A stretch of 63,629 nt of DNA, the filler included, from Choristocarpus tenellus KU-1152 (taxonomy: Eukaryota > Protista > Phaeophyceae): the NCBI GenBank assembly GCA_964200185.2. It is 9 parts of 9 records of this genome, joined end to end, with 100 filler letters (N's around TTAATTAATTAA, not from the genome) between each part and the next. Parts side by side here need not be neighbours in the genome. Positions count along the whole stretch, not along the records: positions 1 to 9,072 come from CAXNAD020004019.1; positions 9,173 to 18,279 come from CAXNAD020003976.1; 7 more parts are not named here. One strand, written 5' to 3'. Every line of letters begins with the position of its first letter. Positions within the stretch are counted from its first letter, which is position 1. Below the pieces are notes generated by a model, which worked only from the letters and a program-made list of their open reading frames with translations, ran no database searches and was not told the origin of the DNA. Of this stretch, positions 1-11,704 are shown piece after piece. A program made the translations under genes and the position numbers.

Positions 1-1466
1 ACTTTCCTCTGTAATGTTACGTAGGTATTCCGAATCTTACTCTGCATCTTCTCAAAATAATTTTTTATCCTGTAAAGCTATGTGTTACTAATGTCGTATG
101 AGGATAAAATGCTCGCGCTATTCGTGTATAACAAATGCTCGCACTTCGTTGGAACACAAGGAGAAACTCTCGCGCTATTCATCTGTAACAATGGTTCCAT
201 AGTGTATAGTTACCCACATTGCATCACACCAATTTGCATGGTATATTTTTTACAGCTTAGCATTGCACACTGCATGGCTGTAGTGTGGAGAAATTGTTGA
301 ATCCTTTGAATAAATTAATCGTGGTCTTGTGTACGGTGGCAGGTTGGTTGTGGTGAAAGGGTGTCATAGTGCAATGAAGCACCTGTTAATTCCTGCTGAT
401 GAACCTAGTGAAATGATGTGCATAGTCAGAGGTTATTTGACATTATGTTGTTGGTATTCCTTGAGATGTCAAAGGAAGAAGTACATGCTCTGAGTAGAGA
501 GTTGGCACCTTGTGAAGAAGGGACTTCTGAGGACGTTTTAACCCTGAATAGATGACACCCTGTTGTGTAGATGTACACTTAACGCAGAGTGGACTCAAGG
601 TCTAAGTGGGGGCAAGACCAAACAGAGAAAAATAATAATCAACGTATGAGACTCAAGGGGTGGTTCTGATGAGAAGATGAAAAAAAATCGAAGAAATTAA
701 CTTGAATCAAGATCTGGGACAATTAATGTGCCACTCACTATGTATGTATGTTTAACAGATGTCGACGGTTCCATACTTCCTATGTACCATGATGTTCTAA
801 CAGTAGTTGAGGATGCCAGTGATGTAAGTGTGAGCAACGACCAGTACCGATGTGCGAATCAACAGTCAGTATGAACTGATTTATTGTATCGCATCAAGTA
901 CACAAAAGATTAGTAGCCTATGTTTTAGCAAACATTGACTGCTTCCTCCACGATTTATATATGGGCATCAAACTTCTAAAGCTGGAGACAACAAGGAGAT
1001 GGGCAAGGAGGAAACTGTCGGATTCTTGGGGGATGCTTCCCTAGCTCCTTCCAGTAGTTTAGGGTTGAGCTAGGTTGGAGGCATACCAGCAGTGTATACG
1101 TCTCATTGTAATTACGAGCTTTCATGGGAGTGGTGTAGTATAGGTGGTAGTCAAATAGTAGATAGATTTTGGAGAGATGTCTTTCACATTGATGACAACT
1201 GGTACTTTACAGGGGCCCTTGTGATATTGAGTTGTCCTTTATATTGACACATCTGCAAAATATCAGATGGCATAATAGCATACATACACGTATATATATA
1301 TCTGTAGATGCACCAGTACCATCGACTAGTGTCAACCGTTGGCCCGTCCACTTGAAATGATTCCGTAGTTTACAAGTATCTACATCATGTGCAAACTGCC
1401 CTACTCGGTATATGATCACGACTTGTCGTTTCAGATTGCATTAATTACACGGAGTCTGACTCATTT

Positions 1467-1643
1467 GGGTCAAAGTTTTTGGGGGTGTGTGTGGTTTGTG
1501 AGGGGGCGTCCATTTCGGTCAAACAACTCTTTTTTTTGCTGACATTACAAATCCGACACATGCGACCAGATCACACCAAAAAGAAAAAAAAAAAAAAAGG
1601 GTGAAAAACGGACGCTGACACCCCCCCCCAGATACTTTAACCC
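1467..1643. mobile_element. MITE, subfamily C of the CAAAGTATCT-TIR family
   Basis: Termini GGGTCAAAG...AGATACTTTAACCC with G/C tracts. The empty paralogous site at about 5169-5198 (gtctgagccatttggagatgttc) shows insertion with duplication of ttt(g). Confidence 0.75.
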
Positions 1644-4600
1644 TTTGGTAGATGTTCCTCAACATAGCACTCAGTTAGTACATGACGCACATTAGTTGAC
1701 TAAGAGAATTAGACTCGAGTCTCTTTTTATTTTTTCTTATAATCAAACCCTGGTATCTCATTTTCTAGTTTTTATTTGGAAGATATTCTTGCGCCCTCTT
1801 CTGACTTCCAGTTCACTCTGCAATAAGTGTACCTCTGCACACCTCTGGATGGGACATACACCGAGTAAATACATCCACAAGCCTCTACTCAGAGCATGCA
1901 TCACCATCCTGGACAACAACATTGAATAGTGCTGTACTTCACACTATCCAAGCAGCTTCTTCATAGAGCATATCGCGAGATGCATCGCATGTAATTCTGC
2001 CTATGTGCTTCAGTTGACTAGGTCATCTCTTCGCTACCAGACTTCCAGCCTCCACACAGAGCACTTCGCCACAACCATCGATTCATGCAATTCAAGGTTG
2101 ACATTGTGCTGAATGACAAGACGGGTTTCGAGTTACAATAAGAGTGAAAGATGTCCACCAGTGCTATTTAGGTCCTCCCCACGTTCGCTGGAAAGTAGGT
2201 AGAGGGTTTCTTCGGTTTTGCAGTTCATGCTAAGGTCACCCTAGCTGTCTATAGCTATGACCTCGCTCCGTGGCCCCGACATTACCTCTGATGGGCGCTC
2301 AATTTGGATGTCAAGTCAAGGCAGGCACCTGAACCGGCAAGTTCAACTGCACCAAGTCCAACGGAGAGTGCACAAGGAAGCGAATTCTGCTTTACCTAGA
2401 TTATATCTGCCCAGTTTCGCTGCGTCCAACGAAAAATACCGATCTGTGACGTGCACACAGATCAAAAAGTTGAGGCACTTGTGACTGATTGAACGTGTTA
2501 TCTGTCAGAGCATTCGACATACCAAAAACTCGATGTAACTCCTCTCTAGCTTCACTGACCGAGCCAGAATCAATATTGAGAGCACTAATATTGAGGGGGG
2601 GGTGATCAGAAAATTGAGGTCAAATCGTGTTCACAAAGTACTTCTTGATGGGAACCCCACAAGGTTGGTTTTACCAATTGAACCACTACTACTGATATAG
2701 TATTTGCGGACAAAATACTGAAAGTGCGCGAGGAAAGATATGATTCAATGGACGTGTGGGTTCATTGTTCTGGTCTACATCATGCATGGAATGTATAACT
2801 TTTGAAACCTTGAATCCCATGAATCGTTGGTTCTCATGAAGTGCTCGGTATGCAGAGGCTTGAAGTCTTGTATGTGAAAGGATAACATAAGTGCACTGAA
2901 GCACTGGTGAATTCGGTGTGATGAATCTCGTCCCATGCTCTGCACAGAGTCAGTTGAATACTGAAATGCGATGTTACTGAAATGTGATGTGCTGTTCCTG
3001 AATGTCTTTAAACGAATCGATACATTATCTGCGTGCAGAGCCCTTTTACCTTGTGAAGAAGGTTACGGATGTAATAACTCTGAATATATTATATACTATT
3101 ATGCACTCTGACATTTTTTAGATGTGCCAGGGGAAAAACTAATGAAAACTCTGAATATATGTCATAAGAGTTGTGAATCGCGTACAAGGATGTGCAGAAT
3201 TAATTTGAAGTGTAAGTGAGGGATACCAATCAAAGAAAAATATAAGAGACCTGAAATCTAATTCTGAGTAAACTGGTGTCTACCACATACCGAGATTGTT
3301 ATGTTGAAGAATAGCTTCTAAAGACATGCTATACTAAGACGAAGCCCACTCACATTACATCATTGTACCTCATCATACCATTATGATCGATTACCGTTAC
3401 AACCCCATTGATACTATGTCATAGGATCATCAATCGCCGTTACAACTCCATGGTGCATAGGAAGTATGGGACAGTCGACATCCGTCAAACATACAAAATA
3501 TAGTGTGTGTCATATGAGTTATCCTAGATATTGACTCAAATTCGTTTCTTAGTTTTTGATCTTCGCATCAGAACCATTATTTGCGCCTCATGTGTTGATT
3601 TTTCTTTGTCCCTGGTTGGTTTTGGTCCCCTCCCACTTAGACCTCGAGTTCACTATGGACTAAGTGTACCTGACACACAACTGGATGCCATATATTTAGA
3701 GTTAAAATATCCACAAAACCCTTCTTCACAAGGTGACAAGTCTCCACACAGAGCATGCATTTCTTCCTTCTTTATATGTGTCAAGGAATAGTCGTAACCT
3801 CTGACTGCACACAGCATGTCACTAAGTTCATCAGTCAGAAATCACCAAAGCACTATGAAATCCCTTCACCATAACCAATCTGGCATCGTACAAGAGCAAG
3901 ATTAATTCAATCCCCAGGCTTCTACAAAGTATACTTCTTTTGTGTCATTGATACGATACAATATTACCAATTGATACTAACTGTTGATTCGCACATCGGT
4001 ACTGGTTGTTACTAACCTTGATATCATTAGCACCTCATCATAGTATCATCAACTACTGTTAGAGCATCATTGTCTATAGGAAGTGTGGGACAGTCCACAA
4101 CTGTCAAACATACAAAAATATAGTATGTGCCATATGAATTTCACATATATTGATTCAAGTTTGCATATTTGTTTCTTGATCTTCACATCAGAACCATAGT
4201 TCGGTCTCATATGTTGATTATTCTGTTGTCTCTGGTTGTCTTTGCCCCCACTTAGACTTCGAGTCCACTGTGTGTTAAGTGCACCTAATACATAACTAGA
4301 TGTCATATATTCAGATTTAAGACATCACTGAAAACCCCTTCTTCACAAGGCGCCAAGCCTCTACTCAGTCAGGGCATATATCTCTTCTTTTGAGCGTCTC
4401 AAGGAATACCCACAACTCAAGCCTCCACTCGGAGCATGCATATCTTCCTTTGTGCGTCTCAGAGAGTACCCGCAACTTTACGGCAAAAATCTTCTGCTAT
4501 GAAAAGCATGTCACTAGGTTCATCACAACAAATTCACCAGTGTTCACTGAATCATTATACACCTTCCATACCAATCTGTTACTGCAAATAAAGCACGATT

Positions 4601-5749
4601 CATTCCATTTCAGATTTCAACCTGTCCACTACCAATGTTTTCCTTACTGTACAACCACCGACATTGCATTATCCAGATCTACACGGAATGTGATAACAAC
4701 TTAGCGTTGCACTCTGTATAGTTATATTATTTAAGCATAGGCTGCTTCCTTCACGATTCAGAGATGCAGGTCAGTACCATCAGGTAGATTAAACCGTTAG
4801 CCCATCCACTAGTAGTAAATCTCTATTTGGTATCCATAAGTATCCCCATGTATATATTAATATTCCCTCTGACATTTTGCACAAATGTAAAGGGCTAAAG
4901 CCAAACCAATATATACCAAGGACCCTTGCAAAGGTGATAGTTGTGTCGTAAATGTGAAAGATATCTCTCCAACGACTAAGGTTGGTGAATTTTACAACGT
5001 TATGTGTATACAGCTGCTAAGCTAGTTTTAGCCCTACACAAGTGGGCTAAGAGGCAGAGAGGCATCCCAAGAGTCTGACGGGCCCCTTCTATATCCAGAT
5101 CGCATGCATACTGCCCTGCTCGGCATATGATCATGACTTTCCGTTGGACTTTTTATGGTTTATGGTAAGTCTGAGCCATTTGGAGATGTTCTCCAACGGG
5201 AATACTCAGTGCGTGACACACAGAATTGATTAAGAATTAGACTTGAGTCTTCTTTACGTTTTCCTCGCAAATCAAGCAGACCTAATATCATATTTTTAGC
5301 TTTTATTGTAAGGTGTTTCCCCTTCTCTCGACTTCCAATTCACTCGGCTTTAATTATAACTCGATACGCAGCTTAATGGATATATTCAGAATTGATATAT
5401 CCACAAGCATCTAGTCAGAGCAGGCATCGCTATCCTGGACCACAGCACTGAATAGTGCAGTACTTCACAGTATTCAATCGTCTTCTTCACAGAGCATGTC
5501 ACATCATATTGAATTCCTCCATTGCTTCAGTGCACTTCGGCCAACTTTTCGCTTTACAAGACTTCAAGCCTCTACACAGAGCACTTAACGAGAACCAGTG
5601 ATTAATGCAATTCAAGGTTTTAGTAGGCTATGATCTTCACAAGATTTCCCCTAGCAAAATGTATTAATCGGCAGTGTAGGGTATGCGGTCAGCATTTTTC
5701 AAAAGTAGACCCATTACTCCACCCTTGCCCATGTCTACCCTGTACCTGA

Positions 5750-6500
5750 GTCCATTTTTACACACTCTCATAATGATTGAACCCGCTCTCTGCTAGCTCT
5801 GCTTTGATTAATTGAAATACAATTCTACCCTCTGTCTCTTCCTTGCCCTGCTAGCTCAACGGTTTCCCTAAGACAAAATCTTAAATCCTCCCACTATGTG
5901 AAAAATACTCTCTTGCGCACCACTGCGTTCCCATACACCCATAATTCTGATGCCCTGCACACCAGAAAGTAGGATAATGCCAATCCAATCCATAACATCA
6001 TATCTGGGGATTCTGGTTCACTCCACAACTTCAACCCTTTTTCAGCATCATAGACCGTGACACCAAGCTCCTTATTCTTGTTAACTCCCAGATTCTTTTC
6101 ATGTGCGCACTCTATCCCCTTCCCTACTGATCTCATGAGAAGATGTCCGGAAATACAACTCACCAAATATCTTGAGGGAGTATTGAATGGTTGACAATTT
6201 TCCCCGCACTGTTCTCCCAACCTATTCCACTTTAAGCAGAAACGATGCCACATAAACTTTGGCATTTCGATGACTGCCCTCTACACTACTTCTGTCTCTT
6301 CGCAAATATAATCTTTTGTCACGAAGATGCCATCACATTTACTCATTCTTTCCATTTGCGCCCAAAGTTTGTCAGAGAGTTTGATCCAACGGACAGTCCA
6401 GGAGATTATTGTACACGATCAAAAAGAAATCATCCCCTCTTCCATCCCCAGATCCTGTTCCTACCAACGTATTGAGAGATCCAAATGTGTTTAGCCACCA
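5750..6500 (-). pseudogene. Degraded tyrosine recombinase of a DIRS/Ngaro-like retroelement (or Crypton)
   Basis: ORF 5894-6265 contains WIGLALSYFLVCRASELWVY (YR box with the catalytic Arg), preceded by HLLMRSVGKGIECAH. The downstream ELYF..SK...RAGSIIMR segment is broken by stops and frameshifts. Confidence 0.65.
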
Positions 6501-7536
6501 TCCAACAACACCATCGTTAGCTTTGGTTTAAACCGCGGAGATTTGTGCTTAGGCATGGACAGAGTGTCAGGGATGTGCACATATGTAATACAAAGATAGA
6601 AATAATATACCAAGTTCAAGGGATAACGTTTATTTCGCCTCAACAAAGTTGTTTCCTCTTCCTCAAAGGGAGTTCAACCACTCATTACATTTTGCAATAC
6701 CTCCTAAAAAATCGTGGAAAGAAGGGAGAAATTATGTCGAGCTATATGACTTTTTTTTGGTACTCCACTGATCTATTTCCTTCTATACTACGATCTTCGC
6801 AAATTTATATTGAAGTTAATCATAACTCTATGAAATATACAACATATTTTCTGCATTTGTGACAACATAACCAGGAATTCGCTATGTGATAAAATAAAAA
6901 ATAACATAAAATACACAAACGCAGAGTAATTTTTCAAAATTGGACAGGAGCGTACGAGGAAAGAAAGGTACACGATGAGATCAATAAAACTATACATACG
7001 ACACGAGAACCAAAGTCACCTACAAAACCGCAATATGGAGGAACGGGCCCCGAAAGGACAGCTTCCACCCCCTCGAAGATACTTTGGGCCACTTACTATC
7101 TTCCTCCATTCCTATTGACACTCATACTGGAACCTTTGAGTTTGACACGATTGTTGTGTATCATCAAGGCTCTTGAACTCCATTTCCCTTCACGGTTTGA
7201 TGAGTTCTGGTGCCCCCATAATGGACATTCTCGCCCCCCCCCCTACTCTGCAAAAGTGTAGCATTCTACTTGCTTCGACCCAAGCTCCTTCGCCACCATC
7301 TCAGGGCAATTGGTTCCTGGTTCCTTGTGATTATCCTTCACCTTGCTGAGTCCCTATAGGTCATAGTAGAGAGGTGAGACTGTAGCCTGGATAATGTTAC
7401 TCAATTAACATTACAAACCACACATCTCTCCTTCGATATTCCCTCCTATGACCTTAACTATGTTAGTACCGTGTTGAAACCTTGGCATGAATCGTGCCCT
7501 CTTGTACAATAACAGGTCGTTTAGAGTGAAGAGGTG

Positions 7537-7727
7537 ATATAACAGCCGATTTCAAAAATTGAGGATGGAGCTTTTCAGTGAGCTTGACCCAAAATTGACT
7601 GGGTTTTTGTATTTTATAAATGAAAATACAAAAAAATATATATCGACTCTTTATTCTAGTCAATTTTGGGTCAAGCCCATCCTCAATAAAAAGCTCCATC
7701 CTCAATTTTTGAAATCGTCTGTTATAT
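7537..7727. mobile_element. MITE with about 39-bp TIRs (ATATAACAG-CGATTTCAAAAATTGAGGATGGAGCTTTT)
   Basis: Near-perfect terminal inverted repeats with TA-rich ends, plus an inner inverted pair GCTTGACCC/GGGTCAAGC. A related right end occurs at about 46265-46296. Confidence 0.8.
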
Positions 7728-8359
7728 AGTGCAGTAAAGCACGGATGAATTCATGTCGATGAACCTTGGGGCATGCTCTGCACAGTCCCAGGTTGAGCAA
7801 TACAGTGCGATGGGGGGTGTTCCTTGGTGCAATCAAAGGAAGAGATAATGCTGTGTGTAGAAGCCTGTTACCTTGTGAAGGAGTTCGTTGACGTTTTAAC
7901 TCTGAAAATATATAATCCAGTTATGCATCTGATACACTTGGTACATAGTCATTTCGGTGTCTGAGTGGGGACAAAGCCAACCAAAGAAAAAAGAAACATC
8001 GTATGAGATACAACTCGTGATAGTGCCGAGAAGAGAAAAATTAAGAAACGAACTCGAATCAATATCTGAGACAACTCATGTGTCGCATACTAGCATGTTT
8101 GAGATATGTCGACTGTTTCAGACTTGCTATGAACACTACAATTTGCAAGGGTAATTCATGATTCCATATTGTAGTCTCGATGATCTAAGAGATAAGTAAC
8201 AGCCAGTACTGATGTCGAATGAACAGTCAGCATGAACTGGTAACAACACTGTATAGTATCAATAACATAAGAGATGAGCAGCCTATGTTTCAACATACCA
8301 CACCCTGTGGAATAATCTAGTGTTATCCGTACATTGTGTGTGCTGATACAAGTATAGGC

Positions 8360-9072
8360 GATGAAGGAAGGCGATGACTGTGCACGAGGTAGGGGCGAGG
8401 AACCAGCTTAAGTAGAGCACACGACTCTGGTTCGGGAATAGGCGGAAAGGCTTCGATTTTGCAGGATAACGAGGGTCGGACGGAGAAGGGAATAGGCGCA
8501 CACAGGGATGGGAGTATTGAGGTGGCAGAGGATGGTGATGACGGCCCACGAGATGTACAAGGGCGAGGAAGGGATAAAAGTGGAGCACACAACTCCGCTT
8601 CGGAAATAAGTGGACAGGTTTCGACTTTGCAGGATAGAGTTATATTATCTCAGAGGGTAGAGTCGCGTCCATTTGCGGACCGAAATCCAATGTTGCAATT
8701 TATAATAAAATTTTGGCTATCATGTTTGTTAGGAGATGTCAATATCCTTGTTCCGGGCGCACCTTTTCATAACATACACATTTCACCTCCTTCGAAAAAA
8801 ATTGTAGTAGGTAGAATATAATTAAAAACCCGTGGAAAGCCAAGCCCCCAATGGACAAACAGGGAAAAACTCGTACCCTCTAAGATACTTTGACTCGATG
8901 ACGAAGGTCGGATGGAGAGCCAAGTAGGCACACACCGGGATGGAGCTGGGGAGGTGGTTACCAGTAGAAGAAGACGACTAAGGTTGCATAGAGAGGGGGT
9001 CGCCCCTCCTCGACAAAGACGAGAAGGAGACAGGAGAGACGGAAATAGGAGGTGTCACTGGGATTCGACGGC
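8360..9072 (+). pseudogene. Frame-preserving 168-bp (56-codon) tandem repeat, coding-like, disrupted by a MITE
   Basis: Unit 1 translates GRGTSLSRAHDSGSGIGGKASILQDNEGRTEKGIGAHRDGSIEV; unit 2 translates GRGRDKSGAHNSASEISGQVSTLQD[MITE]DEGRMESQVGTHRDGAGEV. The gata anchors at 8465 and 8633 are 168 bp apart. Confidence 0.55.
8637..8896 (+). mobile_element. MITE subfamily A (about 260 bp, GAG...CTC termini, 4-bp TSD), Sola2-like
   Basis: Right TIR TACCCTCTAAGATACTTTGACTC, degenerate left TIR, TSD GATA/GATG. The adjacent tandem unit at 8461-8480 is the empty site. Confidence 0.85.
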
Positions 9073-9172
9073 NNNNNNNNNNNNNNNNNNNNNNNNNNNN
9101 NNNNNNNNNNNNNNNNTTAATTAATTAANNNNNNNNNNNNNNNNNNNNNNNNNNNNNNNNNNNNNNNNNNNN
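9073..9172. other. Assembly spacer (N44-TTAATTAATTAA-N44)
   Basis: Artificial linker with stops in all six frames. Confidence 0.98.
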
Positions 9173-9725
9173 ATATGTATATAGTTTTCATTGGTTTCCC
9201 CCCTGACACATCTGCAAAATGTCAGAGGGCATAATAATAAAATACAGTGACATACAACAATATATTCAATACATTTTATGTATGATTATTGTTGCACTTA
9301 AACCTAACCTGCTCTAAGTGCCAAGCAGTATTGTACATGTTATAATAGCCTGTATAATACTACAGAACTAGCTCCGTGGCTTCTGTCTTTGCCTTGCGCT
9401 CTGGACCTTCTACATAAGCTTTCTTGATCTCTTGCGCCTTCATTTATGACATTTCTTGTTTTTTGCATTTTTTTTTTATAGTGAATTTCATTTCATTGAT
9501 CTGATTTTCGTAGTGGATTTTCTTATCGCCGTTAGACAAATTTGGATAATAGTGTTTGCGCAAAATGAAATTAACTATCAGAAAGTTTTATTTATTTCCC
9601 CATTTTCTCTCCGTAGTGTTTTTCATTACCAAATTTAATGAAATTTCTCATTTCTAGTTGGAAACTATAGTGAAAAGCATTATCGCCTCAGTAAGACCCT
9701 CGGGGCAACAGTCAAGGCGAGAAGG

Positions 9726-10947
9726 TTGGTGAAGCTTTTTAGAAGCAAACATAGAACAACCGTCTTGATATACGGTGTCACACAGCTGGACAGGAGTGAG
9801 GAGGTAATGGGGCCCCTTAAGAGGAGGAGAAACATCCACGATGTCTCCCTGCACTTGCGATACAGGGCTCTATATGCGACTGAGGGTGTACTTATTTGTA
9901 GGTACAAGAGGCTCGAAACGATGTTGATAATTGCGGGTGAAGAAGAGGCGGACAAGGATCTGTTAGGGTTAGCTGGGTTAGCTCTCAGTATCATTTGTGC
10001 AATCCGAAGAGACCATACTATGCCTAGACCCTCGCCCCTAAGACTCTATACTACGTTGGAGGGCGTTCGGGAGACCTGGGTGAGGTTAAGGTGCCACAGG
10101 GAACACCTCCGTCAGCTGTTTCAAGTCATGAACTTCCCACCTTTCTTCCATTGCAAGAAAGGCAGTCTGTTTACGGGGGATGAGGGCTTCCTATTGCTGA
10201 TTAGGAGGCTGAGATACACAGGGCACTTGATCGACCTGGAAGAGGAATTCGGCATTGAGTACAGTGAACTGAGTCATCTCTTTAACACGGTCTTGGACTG
10301 GGTATGGCAGACTCACCGGCATCGCATCCAGGACAACCTTGGGTTCTTTGCGCCGTTCTTCCCTTGGATTGCAGCGGCTATAGAACGCAAAGGTGGGGGT
10401 TGCTGTCTCGAGTATTTCTGTGGGTGCGCAATTTGTGTTGAATTCCAGCTGCTTGAGCAGCTCTTGTATTGACCTTCGATAGCGCAACATGCTGCTGCCC
10501 TGACTTCAGATCCCTTCAAATATGGGTGTTGGCAACCATCCAGGAGGAGTTGCCTGCTCGGGATCTATGATCATAGGATTTGTAGACGGGACACTTCAGC
10601 ACATGTGCCAGCTGGGTGGGCCCAGGGAGCTGGAATTGCAGTGAGAGGTCTACGACGGCCACCACAGGGCGCATCGGCTTGGGTTCCAGTCTGTTGAGTT
10701 CCCGGATGGGATGATTGGAGACCTATTTGGGTCTATTCCTGGTCGCAGGCATGATGCACACATTTTACGAGAAAGTAGATTAAACCACAGGTTAGCCATA
10801 TTGCAGCTGGGACAGGACTTCCAGTGTCAGGTGTAGGGGGATGCAACGTACCCCGTCCTCTCCCATGAGTCTCATGAGTTCAGAGGTGCCAATCTCCCCC
10901 CGACCCAGAAGGCATATAACAGGGAACTGTCGAGAGTGAAGGAGTTG
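9726..10947 (+). pseudogene. PIF/Harbinger DDE transposase (HARBI1/DDE_Tnp_4-like), decayed
   Basis: N-terminal HTH-like LLIRRLRYTGHLIDLEEEFGIEYSELSHLFNTVLDWV (ORF 9726-10472), then a probable intron at about 10393-10543. Catalytic region IIGFVDGT...LQ*EVYDGHHRAH.LGFQSV.FPDGMIGDLFGSIPGRRHDAHIL...*GDATYP...KAYNRELSRV has two in-frame stops and is truncated before the final catalytic E. Confidence 0.85.
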
Positions 10948-11704
10948 TCAATCATCTGTCAGGGGTAGTTCGGGCGGGGGATCGTTTTGGCGACCAGCTG
11001 CTTGTTGACTTGCAAGCAATGACAAAACTTCACGTACCAAATACAGTACACTCACGATCTGGGCGCGAGCCTCTCTTTTATTCTCCTCATCGACCAGTCC
11101 GGCCTTGCGGTTCCTCTTCTCCTTGGCAGGCATTCTCCCCTCCCCGTGAACGTCGTTTAGAAGGCGCTGCAGTTCATCAAGCATCCCTTCTCGGTTGCCG
11201 CTGACCCATTCTCCGTCCTCCCTTATATTTCCTAAACATGTTAGCCAGCCTTCAGTATTGTCGATTGCATGCCTCACCGTTGACACCTGCCAGAGCGAAG
11301 GGAGGCTTGTCGAAGAGGGCAGTAGCAACACCATCCCACGAATCACCTTGCTGCCCATGGAGAGCCAAGTGTGGTTTTTCGTGTGCAACCTGTGCAAATT
11401 TACACAGGGGACAAGGAAGTGCGGTATTTCACGGCTCCTAGAGTTTGGTTACCATTGTGCAAGTTGACATATAAGCACTCCTCCTATTTTTCGTGACTTG
11501 CTTCACGAGCTTGATCCACGCATCGATGCCCACAACATAGGGTTCTTGTGGCCACCCTCCACAGTGCTGGGCAGGTGCCTTCGGGGAAGGCAGGGAGTCT
11601 TCCTGTGGCATGCGACCTTGGGATCTGGGCATAGTTGACCCCAATGCTTCCACCTCTATGGCAGGTGATTTGTTCAAGCCTGCAATGGCAATGGCTGCAT
11701 GCAT
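10948..11704 (-). pseudogene. Harbinger accessory Myb/SANT-like DNA-binding protein, decayed
   Basis: Spliced reading IKLVKQ|VAHEKPHLALHGQQGDSWDGVATALFDKPPFALAGVNGEACNRQY*RLANMFRKY, a frameshift, then EDGEWVSGNREGMLDELQRLL. Convergent with the transposase, as in two-gene Harbingers. Confidence 0.65.

Larger units (their letters stand above)
330..8290. repeat. Block of diverged copies (both orientations) of an unclassified long interspersed repeat
   Basis: About 480-900 recurs inverted at about 3430-3900 and 4030-4380, and direct at about 7860-8290. About 1645-2100 recurs direct at about 5180-5620 and inverted at about 2750-3010. About 1030-1280 recurs at about 19190-19400. No credible ORF. 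Confidence 0.8.

Noticed and set aside
480-7790. Recurring 20-nt motif as a CRISPR repeat
   Set aside because: Spacing is irregular, both orientations occur, and the intervening sequences are themselves repeated.
9117-9128. TTAATTAATTAA as a biological motif
   Set aside because: It is always centred in N runs, so it is an assembly linker.
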